A stretch of 59,743 nucleotides of DNA, filler included, from Nitrospinae bacterium RIFCSPLOWO2_12_FULL_45_22 (lineage in GTDB: Bacteria; 2-12-FULL-45-22): the NCBI GenBank assembly GCA_001803565.1. It is 3 parts of 3 records of this genome, joined end to end, with 100 filler letters (N's around TTAATTAATTAA, not from the genome) between each part and the next. Parts side by side here need not be neighbours in the genome. Positions count along the whole stretch, not along the records: positions 48,744 to 59,743 come from MHDQ01000137.1; 2 more parts are not named here. One strand, 5' to 3'. Below the pieces are notes generated by a model. The model was not told where the DNA came from. It saw only the letters and a list, made by a program, of their open reading frames with translations, and made no database searches. Position 1 is the first letter of the stretch, and each line of letters opens with the position of its first letter. The translations under genes were made by a program, and so were the position numbers. Below are positions 49,558 through 58,966 of the stretch, piece after piece.

Positions 49558-51675
49558 TTATGTAATGGGAGAGCTTGCCCCTTCTTTCTTGGGTAAAAGG
49601 GAATTTATTAGTTGGTCAGCATATTGCTGTAGAGTTTGGATCTGTCCGGTGCTCAGGTGCCGGAAACGGCCCTGGAGCTTAGTATATTCCGTGACGGGCT
49701 TAGGTGACTTGACCTTTTTTGTCAGGCTAAGCACCCCTTCCTCAATCTGGTACAGGGGCCAGAGGTTTGTTTCTACTGCCAATCGGGCTATTTCAATCCC
49801 TAGATGGGCCGGGAAGCGCCAGCCCGTTGAGCAGGGTGTATGGGCATGGATATATGCCAGCCCTTTCCGCTCTCTTACTACCTGGGCGGCCTTTTTTAAC
49901 TTCCGCCTATAATCCTCCAGAAAGGCTACTGAAGCCGTTGCCACATAAGGGATATCATGGGCCGCCATGATCCGGGGCATATTTTTAGACAATAAAGGAT
50001 TACCTTCACCCAGGCAGGCAACGGGTGTAGTAGTAGTTCGGGCGCCAAATGGTGTGGTGCCACTCTTCTGAATGCCAGTATTCATATAGGCCTCATTATC
50101 ATAGCAGATATAAATAATCGGTTCCTTACGATCAGCCGCCCCAGACAGCGACTGGATGCCAATATCGGCAGTACCGCCATCACCGGCCATCCCTAAGACC
50201 AGATTATTTGTTTTACTCCGCATATCCAGCCCGGCCCTCACCCCCGTTGCTGCGGCAGCGGTAGAGGCAAAAGTGGTCATATAAAAAGGTATTTTTACTG
50301 GTGAATGGCCCGGCCACCCCACAGTATTAACTACTGATATGCAGCAAGGGGGCATAATCAGGCAGGTATCTTTACCCAGGGTATCAATAGTAGTGCGGAA
50401 GAGCAGGGTAGCAGTACAGCCGGCACAACTGGGTGTGCCTGGGTAAACCAGCCTCTGGGCATTATCCCGTGGAATAACTCCGGTAGTAATTGGTAAAGGA
50501 GGCAGGGCCCATTCTACTTCCTTTTCTATCCATCCTTTCCGACCAGCTTCAAGGGCATTTAAGAGGAAGGAATGGATCATCTCTTCGGTAATATCTAATC
50601 CGCCTAAGCCGGCTATCAGGCTCAGGATAATGGGGGTCTGTCTCTGTCCATAGAGGGCTGATTTAATGTCCAGGCAGATAATCCCACAACCCCCTCCACC
50701 ACCATGACTCACATTGCGGTCAATGACCGCTAATGTCTTGACCCGCCTGGCCAAAGCCCTGATCTCTTCGGTAGGAAAAGGACGTAATACCCGCAGTTTT
50801 AACAATCCCACGGGTAATCCTTTCTCCCGCATCCTATCCACTACTTCCCGGGCAGTACCGGTCATAGAACCTACGGTTACTATTACGGCCTCTGCCCCTT
50901 CGCACCGGTACTCTTCTGCCAGCCCATATCTTCGGCCAAAGCGACTAAAGAATTCCTCCTCTACCTCTCTGATAACCTCCGGTACTTCTTGCATAACCTG
51001 GTCAATCTGATAATCGTAATGGATAGTAGCTAATGGCTCACAGAACAACGCCATAGGATCATCAGGGTCTAATAGGGCATGGGTTGGCTGGTATAGAGGT
51101 AGGAAGGCATCTACTTCTTCCTGGTCAGGGATATAGACAATTTCCGAAGAGAAGGATAGATAAAACCCGTCTATGCTAACCATAGCAGGTAATAATACCC
51201 GCGGGTCTTCGGCAATCCGATACGCCATCAAGATAGTATCCAGGGCCTCCTGGTTGCTCTCGACATAGAACTGCAGAAAGCCAAAATCCCTGGCCGACAT
51301 CACGTCGGAATAATCTGGGCCACCACCACCCATGGGTGCCCCTAAGGTACGGTTAGCTACGCCAATTACTACGGGCAAGCGCATGCCATGGAGGAAGGTC
51401 AGCCCCTCAAACATATAACCCAATCCCATAGAGCTGGTAGCGGTAAAACTGCGGGCACCAGCCAGCTCTGCACCAGTACAGATAGCCAACGAGCTGTGTT
51501 CTGATTCTACATTGATGAATTTAGCCTCTAACTGACCACTGGCGACAAAATTAGCTATCTCATCAACAATAGAGGTTTGAGGTGTAATAGGGTAGGGGGC
51601 TATTACCTGCACCCGCGCTAATCGAACCCCATGGGCAAGGGCGCTATTACCTGTTATTATCTCTGTAGTAGCCAT
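49558..51675 (-). CDS. 2-oxoacid:ferredoxin oxidoreductase, fused alpha+beta subunits
   Basis: YPITPQT, ESEHS, FTATSS (alpha); CAGC, GDGGTADIG...DNEAYMNTG TPP motif (beta). Confidence 0.93.
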   Translation of the reverse strand: MATTEIITGNSALAHGVRLARVQVIAPYPITPQTSIVDEIANFVASGQLEAKFINVESEHSSLAICTGAELAGARSFTATSSMGLGYMFEGLTFLHGMRLPVVIGVANRTLGAPMGGGGPDYSDVMSARDFGFLQFYVESNQEALDTILMAYRIAEDPRVLLPAMVSIDGFYLSFSSEIVYIPDQEEVDAFLPLYQPTHALLDPDDPMALFCEPLATIHYDYQIDQVMQEVPEVIREVEEEFFSRFGRRYGLAEEYRCEGAEAVIVTVGSMTGTAREVVDRMREKGLPVGLLKLRVLRPFPTEEIRALARRVKTLAVIDRNVSHGGGGGCGIICLDIKSALYGQRQTPIILSLIAGLGGLDITEEMIHSFLLNALEAGRKGWIEKEVEWALPPLPITTGVIPRDNAQRLVYPGTPSCAGCTATLLFRTTIDTLGKDTCLIMPPCCISVVNTVGWPGHSPVKIPFYMTTFASTAAAATGVRAGLDMRSKTNNLVLGMAGDGGTADIGIQSLSGAADRKEPIIYICYDNEAYMNTGIQKSGTTPFGARTTTTPVACLGEGNPLLSKNMPRIMAAHDIPYVATASVAFLEDYRRKLKKAAQVVRERKGLAYIHAHTPCSTGWRFPAHLGIEIARLAVETNLWPLYQIEEGVLSLTKKVKSPKPVTEYTKLQGRFRHLSTGQIQTLQQYADQLINSLLPKKEGASSPIT

Positions 51676-51682
51676 ATAATCC

Positions 51683-51940
51683 TCATTCCATAATCATGTT
51701 AATAGCTTTTTTGGGACATTCGCACGCACAGATACCGCAGCCTTTACAGAAGAGATAATCAATGACTGGCTTTTCTTCTTTCAGGATTATCCCTTCCGGA
51801 CAATACTCTATACAGCGGCCACAGTCACTACATATTTCTAAGTCTATAATAGGCCGTTCGGTACGCCAACTTCCTGTCTCGCGGGTAGCAAACTCCCGGG
51901 TCATGCTAGTAAATGGCAATATCATCTTCCCCCCCGTCAC
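51683..51940 (-). CDS. 2-oxoacid:ferredoxin oxidoreductase delta subunit (2x[4Fe-4S])
   Basis: TGSWRTERP, CSDCGRCIEYCP, CKGCGICACECP. Confidence 0.93.
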   Translation of the reverse strand: MTGGKMILPFTSMTREFATRETGSWRTERPIIDLEICSDCGRCIEYCPEGIILKEEKPVIDYLFCKGCGICACECPKKAINMIME

Positions 51941-51979
51941 TGGACTTTGTCACATTTACCTGGAGCAACCCAGCTTAAC

Positions 51980-52156
51980 AAATTCTAAATCCTAAGCACT
52001 AAACCCTAAATAATATCAAAATCCTAATTCCAAATCTCAGTGTTTACCGTGTCGGTGTCCGTGTTCCGTGACCGTGAATTTTACGGACACGACAAATTGT
52101 TTTGAATTTTGGTCATTTGAATTTGTTTAGGATTTAGGATTTCGAGCTTAGGATTT
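51980..52156. repeat. Heptamer-repeat palindrome with nested hexamer hairpin
   Basis: AAATCCTAAGCACTAAACCCTAAA...TTTAGGATTTAGGATTTCGAGCTTAGGATTT enclosing CCGTGTCGGTGTCCGTG...TACGGACACGAC. Confidence 0.8.
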
Positions 52157-52158
52157 AT

Positions 52159-52737
52159 CTAATGTGACAATGTTATGTTAACTTCTAACCGTTTTATTCG
52201 GGCCTTATCGTAAGCAGCCGAGGCCGCTCTAAAATTTAATTCTGCTTGTTTATCATCAGGGAAGTTCTTGTGAATAGCCTCTTTTATAGCTGTAAGAGTA
52301 ATTATGGGATAAGCCCGGGCAAAGGCCCCTACCATAGTAGTATTGGTAATAGGCGCCCCCAGGATCTCTTTGGCAATATTATTAGCATCTACTACAGCTA
52401 TTTGGCCTACCTGCTCCATACCAGGCAACTCTTCAGGGAACAGAGGAGAATTGAATATAGCCGTACCACCTGGTTTCAACCCGTTCAGCACGTTAATGAC
52501 GTGTGGAAGACGGGCATCCAGAACCATTATGCAATCGGGCTGATAGATCTGGGATTTGAGCCGGATGGGCTGCTGATCAATCCTGACGAAAGCTGCTACG
52601 GGCGCACCACGGCGCTCGGGGCCATAAAAGGGGTTAGCCCGCACCTGATACCCTTCCAGATAAGCCGCTAAGGCCAAGATATTAGCGGCTGTCACTGCCC
52701 CCTGGCCACCGCGGCCATGTAATCTAACACTAAGCAT
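52159..52737 (-). CDS. 2-oxoacid:ferredoxin oxidoreductase gamma subunit
   Basis: HGRGGQGAVTA, YGPERRGAPV. Confidence 0.94.
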   Translation of the reverse strand: MLSVRLHGRGGQGAVTAANILALAAYLEGYQVRANPFYGPERRGAPVAAFVRIDQQPIRLKSQIYQPDCIMVLDARLPHVINVLNGLKPGGTAIFNSPLFPEELPGMEQVGQIAVVDANNIAKEILGAPITNTTMVGAFARAYPIITLTAIKEAIHKNFPDDKQAELNFRAASAAYDKARIKRLEVNITLSH

Positions 52738-52755
52738 TTCTCCTCCATTTTTGTC

Positions 52756-54051
52756 CTACGGATAAATACGCTCCATCATCCGGGGGAAAGGTATAGTCTC
52801 CCGCACATGCTTGAGCCCACAAATCCATCCGACAGTCCGCTCTATACCGAGGCCAAAACCAGCATGGGGTACTGACCCGTATCTCCTTAAGTCTATATAC
52901 CACTCGAAGGCCTCTTTAGGTAGGTTCTGCTGCTCGATCTTCTCTAATAATCGCTCTAAATGGTCTTCTCTTTGCGAGCCACCAATAATTTCCCCATAGC
53001 CTTCCGGGGCCAATATATCCATATTAAGTACCCGGCCTTCTGCCTCAGGATCACCCTTCATATAGAAGGCCTTGCACTGCCGGGGATAGCGATGGATGAT
53101 AATAGGTTGGTCATAAATAGTGGATAGAATCGTCTCCTCGTCACCACCAAAGTCTTCTCCCCATTCTATCTTTGATCCTTGTTGTTGCAAATACTTTATG
53201 GCCTCGTCATAGGAGAGCCGGGGGAAAGGTGAATTAATCTTTTTTAAGGGAGCCAGATCCCTGTCTAGCGCTTCTAACTCCTTGCCCTTTTTGGTCAAGA
53301 TGCACTCGACCAAGTATTGGAGCATCTCTTCACTAAAGGCCATAATATAGTCCAGATCAGCATAGGCTATCTCTGGTTCTAACATCCAAAACTCGGTCAG
53401 ATGACGTCGGGTCTTGGATTTTTCTGCCCGGAAAGTGGGGCCAAAGCAATAGACCTTGCCAAAGGCCATTGCCCCTGCCTCGGCATATAGCTGGCCACTC
53501 TGTGAGAGATAAGCCTTGCCGCTATCAAAATATTCTGTCTCAAAAAGGGTCGTAGTACCTTCACAAGCCGCCGGTGTTAGGATCGGGGTATCCAGCAAGA
53601 TAAACCCGCGCTCATCAAAAAAATCCCTCAGGGCCTTTATGATTTCACTGCGGATACTCAAGATGGCATGCTGACGGCTGGAGCGGAGCCACAGGTGCCT
53701 GTGCTCCATAAGGAAGGCTGTGCCATGTTCTTTCAGGGCAATAGGATACTCCTGGGCTATATGGACTGGGATCAGATCAGTAAGGTAAAGCTCATAGCCT
53801 CCCGGTGCCCGTTTATCAGCCCGGGCCTTTCCCTGGACGATGAGGGAAGACTCCTGGGTCAGATCATTATATAGTGCAAAGGTCTCTGGTGATATTTCCT
53901 TTTCCTCCATTATACCCTGGATAATACCAGTGCCATCCCGGATCAATAAGAAATGGATCCTGCCACTGGACCTCTTATTATAAAGCCATCCCTTAATGAT
54001 TATCTCTTCATCCAGATGTTGTGCAATATCGCTTATATACACCCATTTCAT
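52756..54051 (-). CDS. asnS: Asparagine--tRNA ligase
   Basis: [48 protein letters not shown]. Confidence 0.97.
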   Translation of the reverse strand: MKWVYISDIAQHLDEEIIIKGWLYNKRSSGRIHFLLIRDGTGIIQGIMEEKEISPETFALYNDLTQESSLIVQGKARADKRAPGGYELYLTDLIPVHIAQEYPIALKEHGTAFLMEHRHLWLRSSRQHAILSIRSEIIKALRDFFDERGFILLDTPILTPAACEGTTTLFETEYFDSGKAYLSQSGQLYAEAGAMAFGKVYCFGPTFRAEKSKTRRHLTEFWMLEPEIAYADLDYIMAFSEEMLQYLVECILTKKGKELEALDRDLAPLKKINSPFPRLSYDEAIKYLQQQGSKIEWGEDFGGDEETILSTIYDQPIIIHRYPRQCKAFYMKGDPEAEGRVLNMDILAPEGYGEIIGGSQREDHLERLLEKIEQQNLPKEAFEWYIDLRRYGSVPHAGFGLGIERTVGWICGLKHVRETIPFPRMMERIYP

Positions 54052-54116
54052 AATCTTCTCACCGCCAGTCTCTCTATTCTATTTCGCTGGGCTATCCTTT
54101 GTCAAATCATAATTTG

Positions 54117-54275
54117 GTAACAGTTCACAGGGGTCAGGGATCAGTTGTCAGGCAGGCTTTTTCTCAAAGACCTACATGGGCTATTAAACCTTCGCGCGAT
54201 CTCTAAATATTGATAACCATTCAAAATTTAAAGTCTTTTCCTGAACCCTGGTAACTGAACCCCGCGAACTGTTAT
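54117..54275. mobile_element. MITE-like element, same family as 41292-41462, inverted, different interior
   Basis: GTAACAGTTCACAGGGGTCAG...CTGAACCCCGCGAACTGTTAT; shares GCCTGACAACTGATC(A/C)CTGACCCC with the 41292 copy. Confidence 0.75.
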
Positions 54276-54281
54276 CTTACT

Positions 54282-56285
54282 TCAATGGGGCTTCTTGTCG
54301 CTGAGAAAGGTAATGGCCTTATCAACATCCTCTTTCGTTCCAACCAGGAAAAGGATATCATGGGGTTTCAGCATGAATTCTGCCCCTGGATTTGGATAAA
54401 TACTGTTATCTCCCCTCTTAACCGCAAGGACAGTTGCCCCGGCCTCGGTGCGCAGCTTCAAGTCCCCCAGAGAATGCCCTGCGACAAAGGAATCTTCTTC
54501 AATAAAAAATGTTTCCGTCTCGATGTCATAAAGCATCTCGTATCTTTCTAGTAAGGATTTTCGGGGTAGTTCTACGCCCCTCAGCACTTGGTAGTTGTCA
54601 CTCCGTATCCGGTCTATCTGGTCCAGGATAAAGTTTTTGGGGATATGGTAGTGATGCAGCACCCGGGCAAAGATCTCTATGGAGGTCTCGAACTCTTCAG
54701 GAATTACCTCGTTAGCCCCAAGCCCCTTTAGGTCTTCCACCTCAGATGCGTATCTGGTCCTGACAATGATGTACAACTCTGGGTTCCCTCTTCTGGCTGT
54801 CTGAACTATCTTCCTGGTGGAGGCGGGGTCTGATATGGCAATGACCAGGAGCTTTGCCGTTTCAAGGCTGGCTTTGTGGAGGATTTCTAGCCTTGTCCCA
54901 TCTCCATAGAATATGGGTTCTCCCGCCTTTTTCATTGATCGCACGGTGCTAGCATTAAGCTCAATGACTATATAGGGTATCGAGGTCTCCCGCAGGACTC
55001 TGGCAAGATTCCTCCCATTAAGGCCAAAACCTACAATTATAACATGGTCTACCCTCTTTCCCGGAATGCCACCCTTTCTGCCCTTATCCCTTATTCGGGC
55101 AGCCCTTTTTAAAAGTCTTCTCGAAGAGAGGGAGCTTGAGAGCCAGGGGGAAGCATTCATGATAAAGGGTGTCATGACCATTGTTATGACCGATGCAGAA
55201 AGGAACAGTTGGTAGTAATTGCCCGGGATGAGTCCGGCCTTTTCGCCTGCTATAGCCAGGACAAAAGAGAATTCCCCTATCTGGAAAATGCCCAGCCCGG
55301 TCTGCATTGCTATCCTCAGTGTATAACCGAGGATTAAGGCAGCCATTAAACCCATGAGCGTCTTAAGCAAGAATATGGCCAGCACTATAGGGATAACTAA
55401 TGAGAGGTTAGAGATCAAAAAGCCAATGTCCAAAAGCATACCGACCGATATAAAAAATATTCCAGTAAAGCTATTGGTGAAGGGTAAGATATCTGCCATA
55501 GCCTGATAAGCATATTCAGATTCAGAGATCACCAGGCCCGCGAGAAAGGCACCAAGGGCAAGGGAAAGACCAAACCTTGACGTCAGTAGCGCTGTCCCAA
55601 GGCAGAGGAAGATGATGGTTATTATGAAGAGTTCCCGGCTCCTGGTATGAACAATCTGGTGTAGAATACGGGGTACCAGCCAGTTAGCGCCAAAGATTAT
55701 TGTGCCTATAATGATGACTGCCTTGGCCATAGTTACGATGAGCGCTATCAGACCATATCCTCCAGCGAGAACTGGCACCAGGAGCATAAAGGGGACTATA
55801 CATAAGTCCTGAAAGATTAGTATGCCTACCATCAATCTGCCGTGGGGAGTATCTATCTCTCCACGGTCAGAGAGCATTTTCAAGACTATGACCGTGCTGC
55901 TTAAGGCGATGATAAACCCGATAAAGACAGCAGACCTTATATCCTTTATTAAAAAATAGGTTACTGTAGCTGTGGTTGCGATAGTGAGAGAAACCTGGGC
56001 TAACCCACCGCCTATAACGGTAGAGCGGAACCTCAGGAGCTTCTTCAGGGAAAATTCAAGTCCGATAGTAAATAGAAGTAAAATTATACCGATCTCAGCC
56101 AGGAGCTCTACCTCATGAATATCGTTGATAAATCTAAACCCGTGAGGGCCAAGGCATATCCCGGCAATAAGAAACCCAACAATAGGGGGTAGCCTTAGTC
56201 TATGGAGAATAAAGACTACTGTGGCAGAGACCCCAAATATAACTACCAGGGATTTAAGGACTTCAAACTCTTCCATACCCGGCAA
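54282..56285 (-). CDS. CPA2 family cation:proton antiporter (Kef-like) with RCK N and C domains
   Basis: LLFTIGLEF, GILIFQD, LGAFLAG, IIVGFGLNG, YGDGT. Confidence 0.93.
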   Translation of the reverse strand: MPGMEEFEVLKSLVVIFGVSATVVFILHRLRLPPIVGFLIAGICLGPHGFRFINDIHEVELLAEIGIILLLFTIGLEFSLKKLLRFRSTVIGGGLAQVSLTIATTATVTYFLIKDIRSAVFIGFIIALSSTVIVLKMLSDRGEIDTPHGRLMVGILIFQDLCIVPFMLLVPVLAGGYGLIALIVTMAKAVIIIGTIIFGANWLVPRILHQIVHTRSRELFIITIIFLCLGTALLTSRFGLSLALGAFLAGLVISESEYAYQAMADILPFTNSFTGIFFISVGMLLDIGFLISNLSLVIPIVLAIFLLKTLMGLMAALILGYTLRIAMQTGLGIFQIGEFSFVLAIAGEKAGLIPGNYYQLFLSASVITMVMTPFIMNASPWLSSSLSSRRLLKRAARIRDKGRKGGIPGKRVDHVIIVGFGLNGRNLARVLRETSIPYIVIELNASTVRSMKKAGEPIFYGDGTRLEILHKASLETAKLLVIAISDPASTRKIVQTARRGNPELYIIVRTRYASEVEDLKGLGANEVIPEEFETSIEIFARVLHHYHIPKNFILDQIDRIRSDNYQVLRGVELPRKSLLERYEMLYDIETETFFIEEDSFVAGHSLGDLKLRTEAGATVLAVKRGDNSIYPNPGAEFMLKPHDILFLVGTKEDVDKAITFLSDKKPH

Positions 56286-56338
56286 AACTTCTCAAAAACT
56301 TGAATAAAAATATAGTGAACGATAAAATAAAGTCGTCA

Positions 56339-56361
56339 TTGCTTCGCTCTGCTCGCAATGA
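56339..56361. repeat. REP-like half element (CTCGCAATGA family)
   Basis: TTGCTTCGCTCTGCTCGCAATGA, homologous to 19430-19453. Confidence 0.6.
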
Positions 56362-56464
56362 TACGCTAATGTTACAAAAAAAGAAATATTACTGGCAAAT
56401 GTGCATCCTTCATTTTGCCCAAAAAGTAGTTAACACTTTTCGTCAGTAAAATTATTTTGCTAAT

Positions 56465-56596
56465 TTACCACAGAGCACACAGAGATCACAGAGATACGTA
56501 CATCGTAAGGAGTGAGAAGTGAGGTGTAAGGGGGTGAGGAGTTATCGCTTTACGCCTTACTACTAACGCCTTACGGCTTTTTGCGTTTGTGGTGAA
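56465..56596. repeat. Nested palindromic element (9-mer shell, 7-mer interior)
   Basis: ACCACAGAGCACACAGAGATCACAGAG...TTTGTGGTGAA enclosing CGTAAGG AGTGAGA AGTGAGG TGTAAGG / TTTACG CCTTACT ACTAACG CCTTACG. Confidence 0.8.
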
Positions 56597-56628
56597 GGGT
56601 TAAAAAACTATCGGAGGTCATAAACATT

Positions 56629-57051
56629 ATGATGAACCGTATCTTAGGACTAGATATGGGAGAAAAGTTTATTGGTGTGGCGGTGAGTGATCCATCAAAA
56701 AAGATTGCTTGCGGCCTCGAAACTTACCAGAGAAAAGGGTTAGAAAACGACCTGGTTTATCTCAAATGTCTCATAGAACAGTATGAAGTGGAATGCATTG
56801 TAGTCGGGTTACCTAAACAAATGGATGGCAGCATAGGTTTACAGGGAGAAAAAATCCTTGCCTTAGTCAACCAGCTAAGAGAGACCCTTCCCTGCCCGGT
56901 ATTGACCTGGGATGAAAGACTAACAACCATCTGGGCAGAGAGAACCTTATTAGAGGCCGATCTCAGCCGAAGAAAACGAAAAAAGGTGATCAATAAGTTA
57001 GCTGCCCAACTTATCCTCCAAAACTATCTGGACTATCGAGCTGCTCATTGA
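56629..57051 (+). CDS. ruvX: RuvX/YqgF nuclease
   Basis: RILGLDMGEKFIGVAVSD, VVGLP, WDERLTT, AAQLILQNYLD. Confidence 0.95.
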   Translation: MMNRILGLDMGEKFIGVAVSDPSKKIACGLETYQRKGLENDLVYLKCLIEQYEVECIVVGLPKQMDGSIGLQGEKILALVNQLRETLPCPVLTWDERLTTIWAERTLLEADLSRRKRKKVINKLAAQLILQNYLDYRAAH

Positions 57052-57057
57052 GGGAGA

Positions 57058-57243
57058 TTAAGCAGCCTTTACCAAATCTTCGGATTTATACTTCGGAACA
57101 AGCCCCTTCTTTACCTTTTGTCTTAAAGAGCGGATACCTACCACCGCCGCTAATCCAAAAGATAGTAAAAGGGATAGACTAGCCACCAGATTGTTTATGG
57201 TTAGCAACGTCTGGTTTGCTGGAAAGCTATATAGATTTTCCAT
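57058..57243 (-). CDS. Small single-pass membrane protein
   Basis: 61 aa, one hydrophobic helix plus basic tail; RBS GGAGG; sigma54 promoter upstream. Confidence 0.7.
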   Translation of the reverse strand: MENLYSFPANQTLLTINNLVASLSLLLSFGLAAVVGIRSLRQKVKKGLVPKYKSEDLVKAA

Positions 57244-57325
57244 CTCTCTCCACCTCCTCCAGGGAACATTCCCTTATCAGCCGTCAGCTTTCAGATGAAT
57301 CAATCGTGAGGCGTAAGGAGTAAGG

Positions 57326-57341
57326 AGCAAAAACTGTGCCA
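57326..57341 (-). promoter_or_regulatory. Sigma54 (-24/-12) promoter
   Basis: Minus strand TGGCAC-AGTTT-TTGCT, exact consensus. Confidence 0.85.
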
Positions 57342-57416
57342 TCTAACGGGCAAGGAGTAGAGATCAGACCCAGTGCGGCTAAAGAGACATATAGGCTTTT
57401 ACCCAACCGGGCAAAC

Positions 57417-57466
57417 TGTTAACTTATAGGTTAACATTGCTAAGGGTTAGTTTACCATGGTTAACA
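57417..57466. promoter_or_regulatory. Putative upstream activator sites
   Basis: TGTTAAC-TTATAG-GTTAACA and GTTTAC-CATG-GTTAAC palindromes about 75-125 bp upstream of the -24 box. Confidence 0.65.
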
Positions 57467-57473
57467 TCTGGGG

Positions 57474-58877
57474 TTAGTTTTTCGTGATGCCGAATTTCTT
57501 CATCCTCTTCCAGAGACTCACTCGGCTAATACCGAGGGCCTGGGCAGTTTTGGTGCGGTTCCAATTGTGTTTTTCCAAAACGACCCGCAAATGGTCTTTT
57601 GGTGAAAGGGTTGAAGAAGAGGACTGATCTTTGGGCAGCAAATCCCTTTCCGATGAGATGGTAGGGGGATGGTTCTGGTCTTTGGGTTGTATTACTTCTA
57701 TAGGTAGGTCTTCTAATTTTATTTCAGGAGCATCAGTAACTACAAAGGCATATTCCAGGGCATTTTCCAGTTCCCGTATGTTTCCGGGCCAGCTATAGTT
57801 CAAAATAGTCCTCATTACCTCTGGGGAACAACCGTAGACCTGTTTGTTATTCTCTTGATTAAATTTTTTAATGAAATGATCTACCAGGAGGGGGATGTCA
57901 TCTTTCCTTTCTCTTAAAGGGGGGACATGGATAGGGAATACCTTGAGGCGGTAATAGAGGTCCTCTCTAAATTTCCCTTGATCAACTAATTGCATCAGGT
58001 CTTTGTTAGTAGCCGAGATTATCCTCACATCAATTTTAATGGGTTTATTATCCCCCACTCGCTCAAATTCCTTTTCCTGTAATACCCGTAGGAGTTTCAT
58101 CTGGATTAACGGGCTGATATCCCCGATCTCATCCAGGAAAATGCTCCCACCATTAGCCGCCTCGAACCGACCGGCATGATCTTTGATCGCACCGGTAAAG
58201 GCCCCTTTCACATGACCGAATAGTTCGCTCTCCAGGATAGTTTCGGAGAGGACTGAGCAATTGACTTTTACTAAGGGGTAGTCCTTACGGCTGCTCAGGT
58301 AGTGGATAGCATTAGCTATAAGCTCTTTGCCGGTACCACTTTCTCCCTGGATAAGGACTGATGCATTACTATTAGCGGCCTTTTTAATCAGATCATATAG
58401 ATTGAGCATCTTATGGTTTTTACCCACTATATTCTCGAAACTATATATCTTTTTTAGCCTGGATTGCAGGTCTGTGATCTCTTCTTTAATCTTCTTGAGG
58501 GAAGTAATATCGGTTATATTTTCTATCCCACCAATAGCCTCTCCTAGTTTATTTTTAAGGATGCGGGCATTCTTTAGGATAATCACTTCCCTACCGTCTT
58601 TTGCCTGGAAGGTACATTCCTTATTTTCGATATAGCCCAGAGAAAAGAGCCCACATTTCATTATACCAGTATCACAGGAGGGGCCTTTACAGGTCTCTCC
58701 CTCAAAGATATTACAATGTTTTCCCAGGGCTTCCTCTTTGCTGTATCCGGTGATCCGCTCGGCCCCTTTATTCCAATAGGTGATCCTACCAGACAGGTCT
58801 ACGGTAAAGAGACCATCGGCCATAGTATCCAGAATGGTCTCAATATTTTCCTGCAAAAATTTTAAATCCTCACTCAA
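57474..58877 (-). CDS. PAS-domain sigma54-dependent transcriptional activator
   Basis: PAS (YWNKGAERITGYS) with several Cys, GESGTGKE, GAFTGA, C-terminal HTH. Confidence 0.93.
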   Translation of the reverse strand: MSEDLKFLQENIETILDTMADGLFTVDLSGRITYWNKGAERITGYSKEEALGKHCNIFEGETCKGPSCDTGIMKCGLFSLGYIENKECTFQAKDGREVIILKNARILKNKLGEAIGGIENITDITSLKKIKEEITDLQSRLKKIYSFENIVGKNHKMLNLYDLIKKAANSNASVLIQGESGTGKELIANAIHYLSSRKDYPLVKVNCSVLSETILESELFGHVKGAFTGAIKDHAGRFEAANGGSIFLDEIGDISPLIQMKLLRVLQEKEFERVGDNKPIKIDVRIISATNKDLMQLVDQGKFREDLYYRLKVFPIHVPPLRERKDDIPLLVDHFIKKFNQENNKQVYGCSPEVMRTILNYSWPGNIRELENALEYAFVVTDAPEIKLEDLPIEVIQPKDQNHPPTISSERDLLPKDQSSSSTLSPKDHLRVVLEKHNWNRTKTAQALGISRVSLWKRMKKFGITKN

Positions 58878-58966
58878 GCTTAAAAAAACCCTCTACTAAA
58901 AATAGCCTTTCAATATGTTTTAGCGACCCTTCTTGTCCCTTCGTGGCTAATTAGTTAGCTCAAATC

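Noticed and set aside
25907-56596. Short tandem repeats as a possible CRISPR array
   Set aside because: Units are 6-9 nt, degenerate and arranged as inverted arms without unique spacers; no cas genes in the window
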